The notes below the pieces were generated by a model that was not told the DNA's origin, did not search any database, and saw only the letters and a list, made by a program, of their open reading frames with translations. This document shows, piece after piece, positions 8,819 through 16,309 of a stretch of 64,000 nt of DNA. Position numbers and translations under genes: made by a program. Origin of the DNA: Corallococcus coralloides (GTDB taxonomy: Bacteria; Myxococcota; Myxococcia; Myxococcales; Myxococcaceae); NCBI RefSeq assembly GCF_004104415.1, contig NZ_CP034669.1, one strand, 5' to 3'. Each line of letters begins with the position of its first letter. Position 1 is the stretch's first letter.

Positions 8819-9761
8819 CCCGCGCTCCCTGGCGCCCGCGTTCCCGCCGCGCGTCACGTGCCGTGTCGCGTGCGTCCATGTCGTCCATGCCCATGCCGGC
8901 GCGCTCCATCTCCATGTCCATCCGCTGCTCCATGGATTCCATGTCCATGCCGGCCATCGCCAGTCCGCGCATCATCAGGGCCTCGGTGTCCATCGAGCGG
9001 GGATCCATCCCCCGAAGCTCGCGCGCCACCGCCACCCCCTTCTCCACCTTCCCTACCGTGAGCCCGCCGCGCCCCACCAGGGCCCGGCCCACCTGCCCGA
9101 GCGAGGGCAGCGCCTGGCCCTTCTCCAGCGCGAGGGGCTTGCGCGCCGCCGAGCGCGCCTCCTCCGCCGCGTCCGACAGCCGCCGGGTCGCGGACCCCAG
9201 CTCGCCCAGGGTCATGCGCCCCCGGCCCGGAGACTCCAGCACGCGCTGCGCCAGCCGCGTCGCCAGCTTCGCGCGCTCACGCGCCTTGCGCGCCCACTGC
9301 TGGCGCAGCGTCTGCTGCTTCTGCGCCTGACGCCGGGCCGCCTTCCCCGTCTCCAGGCGCTCGCGGCGCAGCGCCTCCACCCGCTCGGCCTCCTCCGCCT
9401 CCGTCCGGCGCCGGGCGTATAGCTTCTGCTCCAGCAGCCGCCGCGCGGTGTCCCGCTCGTGCTGCTTGCGCTCCGCGATGCGCGACTCCGGCGTGTGCTG
9501 GACGACGGGGAACTGCTTCGCCAGCCGCTCGTCCACGGGCGCCTCCTGCACGCCGCTCAGCGCCTTCATCGTGTCTTCGAGCTGCCGGCGCTCCTTCAGC
9601 AGCGCCGCCAGCTCCGGGTCGCTGGCGGCCACCTGCTCCAGCGAGGGCACGGGCGCCGCCGCGGACGTGTCCGCTCCCGGAGCAGGAGCGGGCGCGCCAG
9701 CGTCGTCGGGGGCCCCGGCGGCGTCCTCCTCGAGCAGGTCTTCCCAACGGACGTGTGACAT
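8811..9761 (-). CDS. Highly charged coiled-coil protein with Met/Asp-rich C-terminal tail
   Basis: 316 aa, R/E/K/Q-rich heptad-like stretches ('RRRTEAEEAERVEALRRERLETGKAARRQAQKQQTLRQQWARKARERAKLA'), C-terminus 'MMRGLAMAGMDMESMEQRMDMEMERAGMGMDDMDARD'. No signal peptide. Confidence 0.5.
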   Translation of the reverse strand: MSHVRWEDLLEEDAAGAPDDAGAPAPAPGADTSAAAPVPSLEQVAASDPELAALLKERRQLEDTMKALSGVQEAPVDERLAKQFPVVQHTPESRIAERKQHERDTARRLLEQKLYARRRTEAEEAERVEALRRERLETGKAARRQAQKQQTLRQQWARKARERAKLATRLAQRVLESPGRGRMTLGELGSATRRLSDAAEEARSAARKPLALEKGQALPSLGQVGRALVGRGGLTVGKVEKGVAVARELRGMDPRSMDTEALMMRGLAMAGMDMESMEQRMDMEMERAGMGMDDMDARDTARDARRERGRQGARDE

Positions 9762-9779
9762 GCGCGGCGCCCCTCTTCG

Positions 9780-10370
9780 TCAGGTGACGTTGCCCACGGC
9801 GGTGTCGATCTTCCCGCTGACGGCCTCGCCCTCCGCGGTGCCCTTGAGGCTCTTGGCGATCTCCGCGCAGATCTGCTGGAGCGCCGCGGGCGGGGGGATG
9901 GGCACCAGCTTGGTGCGGATGAGGCTCGAGCCCTCGGCGGAATAGCTGTACTTCTGCGAGTGCTTGGCCGTGACGGTGGTGACGTGGCTCTTGTGGCCCT
10001 TCACCAGCGTGGTGAGGATGCCCTTGTCGCGGTCCACCTTGCGGTCGCGCGTCTGGGTCGAGTCGTCCGTGGACTCGTGCATGGAGATCTCCATCTTCAC
10101 TTCGATGATGGTCTCCACGAACTGGTAGAACGTGGGCGTGAAGCCGAGCAGGAGCAGGGGGTACTCGGTGGTCCCCAGCTTCACGAAGCCGGCGCCGTCC
10201 CGCACGGCGTTGCCGCTATCGTCGATGCGGTAGCCCGCCATGAGCTGGGCGATCTTCAGCGATGAGCTGTCCAGCGCGTACTGGGCATCCGCGATGGCGT
10301 TGCCCAGGTTGCGGACCATCTCCCCGAAGGGGACGTTGAGCAGATCCTGACCAATGGAGTGAGTGGGCAT
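9780..10370 (-). CDS. Repeated-module paralog (copy 1), stand-alone 196 aa
   Basis: 'LLNVPFGEMVRNLGNAIADAQYALD...LGFTPTFYQFVETIIEVKMEISMHEST...KYSYSAEGSSLIRTKLVPIPPPAAL'. Aligns along full length with 10389..10961 and 10984..11487. Confidence 0.6.
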   Translation of the reverse strand: MPTHSIGQDLLNVPFGEMVRNLGNAIADAQYALDSSSLKIAQLMAGYRIDDSGNAVRDGAGFVKLGTTEYPLLLLGFTPTFYQFVETIIEVKMEISMHESTDDSTQTRDRKVDRDKGILTTLVKGHKSHVTTVTAKHSQKYSYSAEGSSLIRTKLVPIPPPAALQQICAEIAKSLKGTAEGEAVSGKIDTAVGNVT

Positions 10371-10388
10371 GGTGCGCGCGCTCCCGGG

Positions 10389-10961
10389 CTACTTCGTGGT
10401 GGGCGTGGTGCCGGCCCTGGACGCGATGAGCGCGCGAACCCGCTCCTCGAAGAGGGCCGGCGGAGGCACCGGCACCAGCTTGGTGCGCAGCAGGCTGGAG
10501 CCCTCCACGCTGTAGTCGTACTTGCGCGTGTAGCTGGCATCCACGGTCGTCACCACGGCCTGGGGCGCGCCGCCGCGCTTGAAGAGGCGCAGCCCGCCGG
10601 CCGTCCGCGAGGTGCTCTGCGTCGCCACCTTGCTCTCCGTGCTCTCCGTCATCTTGATGGCGATCTTCACCTCGATGATGGTGTCCACGAACTGGTAGAA
10701 GTTGGGCGCGAAGCCCAGCTCCATCATGGACGAGGGCGTGCCCGCGAAGGACACCTTGGTGTCCACCCGGATGGGCTTGCCGGAGCCGTCGAGCTGGATG
10801 TTCCCGTCGGCGTCCCGCAGCAGCGCCTCGCCGCTCATCATCTCCGCGACGAGCATCCCGCTCTTGTCCAGCTCGAGCTGCGCCTCGGCGATGGCGGTCG
10901 CCATCTCACGAATCATGTCCCCCATGGGGACGTTCAGCAGTTCCTGACCGACGTTGGGCAT
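10389..10961 (-). CDS. Repeated-module paralog (copy 2), stand-alone 190 aa
   Basis: 'LLNVPMGDMIREMATAIAEAQLELD...LGFAPNFYQFVDTIIEVKIAIKMTESTES...KYDYSVEGSSLLRTKLVPVPPPALF'; AAGGA Shine-Dalgarno-like upstream. Confidence 0.6.
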   Translation of the reverse strand: MPNVGQELLNVPMGDMIREMATAIAEAQLELDKSGMLVAEMMSGEALLRDADGNIQLDGSGKPIRVDTKVSFAGTPSSMMELGFAPNFYQFVDTIIEVKIAIKMTESTESKVATQSTSRTAGGLRLFKRGGAPQAVVTTVDASYTRKYDYSVEGSSLLRTKLVPVPPPALFEERVRALIASRAGTTPTTK

Positions 10962-10983
10962 GGTGTCTGGGTCCTTGCGCGCT

Positions 10984-11487
10984 TCAGGCGGAGGTGTTGG
11001 TGGAGGCCGCGGGGGCGGGCGGCTGGGCGGCGATCTCGTTGAGCAGTTGGTGCAGGCGCGCGGGCGGGGGCAGCGACACCAGCCGCGCGGCGATGGAGCT
11101 GGCCCCCTGCACCTCGAAGCCGTACTTGCGGCTGTACTCGGCGTTGACCGTCACGGAGAAGACGCCGGCCATGCCGCCCGTCGCGCCGCCGCCCACGGAG
11201 AACTCCGTGGACTCGCGGATGGTGAAGGTGAGCTTCGCCTCGAGCGTGGCCTCGGCGAAGGCGTAGAACGTGGGCGTGAAGCCGAGCGCGAGCAGGCTCC
11301 ACAGCTGCCCGTCGCCCAGGTCCACGGTGCGCTCGGACATGCGCTTCGCGATGTCCAGCGAGTTGATGTCCAGCGCGTGCTGCGCGTCCGCCACCGCGCG
11401 CCCGAGCCGCTCGATGAGCTCCGGCAGCGGCGCGTCCAGCACCGTCATCATCGCGCGCTGGCCCTGCGTGGTGTTGTTTCCGGGCAT
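10984..11487 (-). CDS. Repeated-module paralog (copy 3), stand-alone 167 aa
   Basis: 'LPELIERLGRAVADAQHALD...LGFTPTFYAFAEATLEAKLTFTIRESTEFSV...KYGFEVQGASSIAARLVSLPPPARL'; AGGAGG SD immediately upstream. Confidence 0.6.
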   Translation of the reverse strand: MPGNNTTQGQRAMMTVLDAPLPELIERLGRAVADAQHALDINSLDIAKRMSERTVDLGDGQLWSLLALGFTPTFYAFAEATLEAKLTFTIRESTEFSVGGGATGGMAGVFSVTVNAEYSRKYGFEVQGASSIAARLVSLPPPARLHQLLNEIAAQPPAPAASTNTSA

Positions 11488-11496
11488 GGGGCCTCC

Positions 11497-13593
11497 TTAC
11501 GGGTACCAGCGCTGGAGGTAGTCGCCAATGGCCTGGAGGAACTGGGGCGGCGCGGGCACCGCCACCAGACGGGCCTTGATGGTCGAGCTGCCGGACACGC
11601 TCAGCTCGTACTTCACCGCCAGGTGCGCATCCACGTTGAGGGCGCGCAGCTCGCGCTCGGAGCTCTCCTCGCGGTCCGCGGACGGCTTGCCGGCGATGCG
11701 GTTGGCGGACAGCAGGAAGGCGGCGGGGTTGCTGGTGCCCAGCATGGTGCCGGAGGGGCCGGAGACGGTGACGATGTTGCCCGCGGACTGGGCCTGGAGG
11801 CCCGCGGCCAGCAGGCCGGAGCTGGAGCCCGCCGTGATGGCGGCGGCCAGGTTGCGCGCCGTGTCCGCGGCCGTCACCCCCAGCGTGAACTGCCCTGGCT
11901 GCGGGGCGACGCCGGCCTCCACGGCCACCAACTGCACGTTGTCGAGGACGACGGTGTCGCGCGGCTGGGGCGAGGCCGGGGGGCGGCCGTCGCCGAAGCG
12001 GCGGGCCACGCGGATGGAGCCGGCGGCGGACAGGGCCGGCGCGGTGGGCGTGCGCGCGAACAGGGTGAACAGGGCGTGGTCGCCGGTGCCGTACAGGTAG
12101 ACGCGGTCCCCGCGCGCGAAGGCGCCGAAGGCGGTGTTGGCGTTGGCGTCGCGGATGGCGCGGGCCAGGTTGGCGGCGGTGGACTCGGCGGTGGCGCCCA
12201 CCGCGAAGGTGGTGCCCTGGGAGGCGGTGCCCTGGGTGAAGTCCGTGCCGCGGAAGGTGACGACGGCCGTGGTGGGCGCGTTCGCCGCGGCGCGCGTGCG
12301 CGGCACGATGCGGGCCTCCCGGTCCGCCCCCGTGGGGTCGAAGGCGGCCGTGGCCGCGACGGTGCGGGCCACCAGCGACGCGGGCACGCCGGCGAACTTG
12401 AAGACGACGCGCCGGTTGGCCGCCAGGTCGGAGCCGCTGAAGCTGACCGTCGCGCCCATGCCCCGGGCCTTGAGCCTGCTGGCCGCCACGCCCCGCGACG
12501 TCAGCGCCCGCAGGACGAAGTCCGCGCGCTTCTGCGACAGGCGCTGGTTGTAGCCGGGGGCCGGCGGGGTGCGCTGGTCCGCCCAGCCCTCCAGGTCCAG
12601 CGAGGCGGACGGGTGCTCCGCCAGCAGCGCCGCCACCGCGTCGAGCACGGCGGAGGGCTCGCGGTCCGTGCTGTAGGTGGTGGTGGGCACGTCGTGGATG
12701 TCGGTGTCGAAGTAGAGGGCCCGGTTGCAGTCAGCGCCGGAGACGACGACGAAGGCCGCCGGGTCCACCTGCTGGCCAATGTCCGCCAGCGCCGCGCCCA
12801 CCGTCGCCGCGGCGCTGGTGTAGCGCGTGCCGTTGGTGGCCGGCAGCAGCAGCGCGGGCGCGGGCGTCACGCTGCCCAGGCGCGCGATGACCAGGTTGTC
12901 GCCGGGCGCCGCCTGCGGCGAGGTGCGCACGGTGATGACCGAGCGGTTGATGGCGTAGAGGTCCGGGCGGTTGGTGCTGGCGGTGACGCCCGACTGCATC
13001 TCCCAGTCCATGAAGATGCCCTGCAGATCCCCCGTGGCCTGGTTGGTCCAGACGGAGTTGTTGCGCAGGGCCACGAGCAGCTCCTGCGCCGTCTCCCACA
13101 GCGTGTCCTGGCGGGTCACGGGCAGGCCGGTGCTGTTGGGCCCCACGCCGCCGTCCAGCGCGTAGCTGGTGGTGCCCACCGTGAGGTGGCCCGGCGCGTT
13201 GGCCACCAACGCCAGACAGGCGTAGGGGGGAATGCCCTCGCCGTCCTGCACGGTGAGGGTGGCGCTGCCGCTGGCGGAGGACGTCTCGAGGCTGTACTCG
13301 CTCGACTCGTTCTCCCGGTCGTAGTTGAAGTTGACGTCCACGTCGACGGTGGTCGAGTAGTAGACGTTGAGGTTCACCTCCAGGTCGGCGTACTGGAAGT
13401 GGTAGAAGGCCGGCCGCAGCCCCAGCGACAGCAGGTTCTGCGTCATGCCCGGCAGGACGGTCTGCCCCATGCGCAGCGTCTGGTCCACGCTGTTGGTGTC
13501 CAGCTTGGCCTGGGCCTCGGCGATGGCGAGCCCCATGTCCCGGATGAAATCGGAGATGTTGAGATCCGCGAGGATCTTCCCTGCTTTCGGCAT
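11497..13593 (-). CDS. Repeated-module paralog (copy 4) split around a large insert containing an OmpA/MotB-like peptidoglycan-binding domain
   Basis: 698 aa; N-terminus 'ILADLNISDFIRDMGLAIAEAQAKLD...LGLRPAFYHFQYADLEVNLNVYYSTTVDVDV', central 'LDLEGWADQRTPPAPGYNQRLSQKRADFVLRALTSRGVAASRLKARGMGATVSF...NRRVVFKF' (OmpA_C-like), C-terminus 'KYELSVSGSSTIKARLVAVPAPPQFL'. No signal peptide. Confidence 0.6.
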   Translation of the reverse strand: MPKAGKILADLNISDFIRDMGLAIAEAQAKLDTNSVDQTLRMGQTVLPGMTQNLLSLGLRPAFYHFQYADLEVNLNVYYSTTVDVDVNFNYDRENESSEYSLETSSASGSATLTVQDGEGIPPYACLALVANAPGHLTVGTTSYALDGGVGPNSTGLPVTRQDTLWETAQELLVALRNNSVWTNQATGDLQGIFMDWEMQSGVTASTNRPDLYAINRSVITVRTSPQAAPGDNLVIARLGSVTPAPALLLPATNGTRYTSAAATVGAALADIGQQVDPAAFVVVSGADCNRALYFDTDIHDVPTTTYSTDREPSAVLDAVAALLAEHPSASLDLEGWADQRTPPAPGYNQRLSQKRADFVLRALTSRGVAASRLKARGMGATVSFSGSDLAANRRVVFKFAGVPASLVARTVAATAAFDPTGADREARIVPRTRAAANAPTTAVVTFRGTDFTQGTASQGTTFAVGATAESTAANLARAIRDANANTAFGAFARGDRVYLYGTGDHALFTLFARTPTAPALSAAGSIRVARRFGDGRPPASPQPRDTVVLDNVQLVAVEAGVAPQPGQFTLGVTAADTARNLAAAITAGSSSGLLAAGLQAQSAGNIVTVSGPSGTMLGTSNPAAFLLSANRIAGKPSADREESSERELRALNVDAHLAVKYELSVSGSSTIKARLVAVPAPPQFLQAIGDYLQRWYP

Positions 13594-13596
13594 GGT

Positions 13597-14145
13597 CTAC
13601 CCCAGGGGTGAAGCAACGGGAGGAAGTGAGACGGCGACTTCGGGACGAACGGTGTCCGGACGGACGACCCAGTAGGCGTGACGGTCCTGCTCCAGCGTGA
13701 TGCGGCGCGCGTCCACGTGCAGCCCGGTCCGCGCCCAGCCCAGTACCCGCTCCGACAGCGGGAGCCGCCCGGCGCCGGCCAGCGCCACCGCGGACTCCAG
13801 CCGGGTGCGCGCCTCCGCCAGGCGCCCCAGCTTCGCCAACGCCAGGCCGTGCCGCTCGTGGTGCGCGGCCAGGTCCAGGAGGGCCAGGTCGCTCGTGGGA
13901 GGCTGCTGCTGGTAGTGGGCCTCCACGCGCTGGCAGAAGGAGATGACGGCCTCGTGGGCCCCCGAGCGCTCCAGCGACTCGAGCACGCACCACGCATAGT
14001 GACGCTGGCAGACGTCGGAGCCGCCCTGGAGCGCGGCCAGCCGCAGCGCTTCCCGGTAGTGGCGCAGCGCCTCGTCATGCCGGCCGGCCAGCGCGAACAC
14101 CTTGCCCTGCTCCGCCACGCGGAAGTGGAGCGCGAGGGAGCTCAC
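13597..14145 (-). CDS. TPR-repeat protein
   Basis: 182 aa; helical repeats 'HDEALRHYREALRLAALQGG', 'AEARTRLESAVALAGAG' typical of TPR; ATGA overlap with upstream gene. Confidence 0.55.
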   Translation of the reverse strand: MSSLALHFRVAEQGKVFALAGRHDEALRHYREALRLAALQGGSDVCQRHYAWCVLESLERSGAHEAVISFCQRVEAHYQQQPPTSDLALLDLAAHHERHGLALAKLGRLAEARTRLESAVALAGAGRLPLSERVLGWARTGLHVDARRITLEQDRHAYWVVRPDTVRPEVAVSLPPVASPLG

Positions 14146-15224
14146 TGGGCCACCAGCGAGGCCCGCGTGCCCCGCGCTTTCAGCTCCGCGACGAGCCAGC
14201 GTGCGCGCGTGTCCCCCACCGCGGGCTGGAAGGTATGCGGCAGCCGGGAGAGCGCGGTGCGCGCCTCGTTGGCGGGCAGCCCCAGCACCGGGGCCAGCAG
14301 CTCCGCGGCCCCGGCGGGGTCCTTCGAGTCCTCCACCGTCAGGCGGAAGCTGCGGAAGTTGAGGAGCTGCACGGCCAGCTTCGCGCCCGCGGCCTCCAGG
14401 GGAGCGGTGCGCGCCACCACGTCCGCGCGCGACAGTCCCGTGTGCAGCACCACCGGCAGCCGCTTGAGCACCTTCGGCACCAGCGCCGGGGGCATGCCGG
14501 TCTCACGCACCAGCAGCTCCGGGAAGCCGGCGGCGGCGGGGGCCTCCAGGAGGCTGACGTCGAAGCGCTGGAAGGCGTGGTCCAACAACCGCACCCCACC
14601 CCGCGCTCCCAGCTCCCGCCACACGCGCTCCGCCTGCTCGTGCGAGAGGTCCCGGGCCACCAGCGGAGGCTCGCCCGGACTCACGCCCTGCGCCTCCAGC
14701 ACCGAGCGGACCACCGAGAGGCTGACCGCTTCGGTGGCGAAGACGTCATAGCGGGCCGTGGGCGGATGGCTGGCGTCCACCTCCGCGCCCAGCGGGGCGA
14801 AGCGCTCCCGGAGCGCGTCCACCGTGGCCTGGGACACGGAGCCGAGCACCGTGGGCGGCGTGGCGCAGAGCGCCGCGGCGGCGTCCGCCAGGGGACAGCC
14901 CAGGACGGCCGCCAGCTCCGTGGAAACCTCACGGAAGCGCCCGCCGTCACGCAGGTACAGCGCCACGTCGTAGGTCTGCCCGGCGGGGGGAGGAAGGGGC
15001 GCGTCATCCGGCTCCACGACCACGCGCAGGCCGGCGTTGCCCAGCACCTCCGACAGGCTCCTGGCGAGCTCCTCGGGCAGCCCTCCCGCCAGCACCGCGG
15101 GGGCGCGGAACAGCCGCGCGGCGAGCTCCGCCGGGGGCAGATCGAAATGGGGCACCAGGGCGCGGACGATGCTCGCGGAGCCTCGGTGCAAGGAGAGAAC
15201 AGTAACGCGCCATGAACCGTTCAT
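14142..15224 (-). CDS. Protein composed of ~5 tandem ribosomal L7/L12 C-terminal-domain-like repeats; first gene of operon
   Basis: 360 aa; repeats e.g. 'LPEELARSLSEVLGNAGLRVVVE', 'LSRADVVARTAPLEAAGAKLAVQ', 'ANEARTALSRLPHTFQPAVGDTRARWLVAELKARGTRASLV' resemble Ribosomal_L12 CTD (EAKdlve..Pk.lkegvskeeAeeikkkLeeaGAkvel). Confidence 0.5.
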   Translation of the reverse strand: MNGSWRVTVLSLHRGSASIVRALVPHFDLPPAELAARLFRAPAVLAGGLPEELARSLSEVLGNAGLRVVVEPDDAPLPPPAGQTYDVALYLRDGGRFREVSTELAAVLGCPLADAAAALCATPPTVLGSVSQATVDALRERFAPLGAEVDASHPPTARYDVFATEAVSLSVVRSVLEAQGVSPGEPPLVARDLSHEQAERVWRELGARGGVRLLDHAFQRFDVSLLEAPAAAGFPELLVRETGMPPALVPKVLKRLPVVLHTGLSRADVVARTAPLEAAGAKLAVQLLNFRSFRLTVEDSKDPAGAAELLAPVLGLPANEARTALSRLPHTFQPAVGDTRARWLVAELKARGTRASLVAQ

Positions 15225-15234
15225 CTGGAAACAC

Positions 15235-15262
15235 GAGACACCATCCGGTGTTTCACTGTCAA
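15235..15262 (-). promoter_or_regulatory. Candidate operator/promoter of the 11-gene operon: imperfect inverted repeat GAGACACC-N4-GGTGTTTC 11 nt upstream of ATG, preceded by TTGACA hexamer
   Basis: Seen directly: + strand 15235-15254 'gagacaccatccggtgtttc' (7/8 palindromic arms); 15257-15262 'tgtcaa' = TTGACA on the coding strand. No convincing -10 hexamer. Confidence 0.25.
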
Positions 15263-15510
15263 CGATTCGCGAGGTGCGAGGCGCTTACCAATGTATGAGA
15301 AATGCCCGCTCGCTCCTCTCAATCCAACCTCCTCCGTCATGACGCGGGCTGATACACGCCCGTGAAACATCCGGCTGGGTCTGGGCCGGCGGGTCGTGCC
15401 TGACGCCCTGCCTGCCCGGTCTGTGCTCACAGGCACACTGGCAACGGCTGAAGCGCGCATGGCCATGGGCGGAGGGCCTCCCCATCCTGCCCCCGCGACA
15501 TTCACGGGGG

Positions 15511-16161
15511 ATGAAAATGCGGACAGCGAAATTCTGGATGGGGACACTGCTGGCGGGCGCGCTGGCGCTGGGCTACGGGTGCGGAAGCGACGCGAACAAG
15601 GATCCGGCGCCGCAGGACGCGCCACAGCAGCAGGTCCCGGACGCGGGCACCGACGCGGGCGTGGTGCTGACGCTCACCGACGCGCAGATCGCCCGCGTCC
15701 TGCAGGTGGCCAACGAGGGCGAGGTGATGCTCGGCCAGTACGCCGCGTCGGTCGCCACCGACCAGGCCGTGATCGACTTCAACAACCAGATGGTGACCGA
15801 GCACACCGCCGTGAAGCAACGGCTGGACGCGGTGCTCGCGGCCGAGGGCATCACGCCCGAGGACTCCGCGCTGAGCCTCCAGTTGCAGACCGAGGTCCAG
15901 CAGCTCATGCAGATCCTCCAGGGCCCGAACGCGCCGGCCGCGGGCGCCGCGCTCGACCTGGCGTTGCTCAGCGCGCAGCTCAACGCGCACGCGCGCACCG
16001 CCTTCATCGGCGACAGCCTGCTGACGCCGCAGGCCACCAACACGGCCCTTCAGCAGGAGCTGCTCAGCGAACGGCAGGCCGTGCAGACGCACATCGACGA
16101 GGTGGCGGAACTCCAGTCCGCCATCGTCTTGCCTCCCATCGAGCCTCCCGTCGAGCCGTAG
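15511..16161 (+). CDS. DUF4142-family lipoprotein (predicted outer-membrane protein)
   Basis: 216 aa; signal + lipobox 'LALGYGC'; 'LTDAQIARVLQVANEGEVMLGQYAASVATDQAVIDFNNQMVTEHTAVKQRLD' matches DUF4142 duplicated-helix pattern. Confidence 0.75.
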   Translation: MKMRTAKFWMGTLLAGALALGYGCGSDANKDPAPQDAPQQQVPDAGTDAGVVLTLTDAQIARVLQVANEGEVMLGQYAASVATDQAVIDFNNQMVTEHTAVKQRLDAVLAAEGITPEDSALSLQLQTEVQQLMQILQGPNAPAAGAALDLALLSAQLNAHARTAFIGDSLLTPQATNTALQQELLSERQAVQTHIDEVAELQSAIVLPPIEPPVEP

Positions 16162-16196
16162 CCGGAGCGCCTTCCGTCTCTGGCTAAAAGTACAGC

Positions 16197-16228
16197 TCGG
16201 GCTCTCAGAACCTGAGAGCCCGAGCGCC
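16197..16228 (+). terminator. Perfect 14-bp stem hairpin (GCTCGGGCTCTCAG-AACC-CTGAGAGCCCGAGC) downstream of DUF4142 gene
   Basis: Seen directly; GC-rich stem, no U-tract (common in high-GC genomes). Confidence 0.5.
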
Positions 16229-16309
16229 TTCGCACGACCCGTGGGGGAGGATTCGACCCAGGTGCTTTCCAATCGTGTCGGCCCGGTTTAGTAGGAATTT
16301 GGACCGCCG

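Noticed and set aside
10954-13611. 885-aa + ORF antisense to P3/P4 genes
   Set aside because: Gly/Arg-rich low complexity; antisense artefact.
15285-15485. 66-aa minus ORF in the divergent promoter region
   Set aside because: Cys/Arg-rich, no start context, lies in regulatory intergenic DNA.
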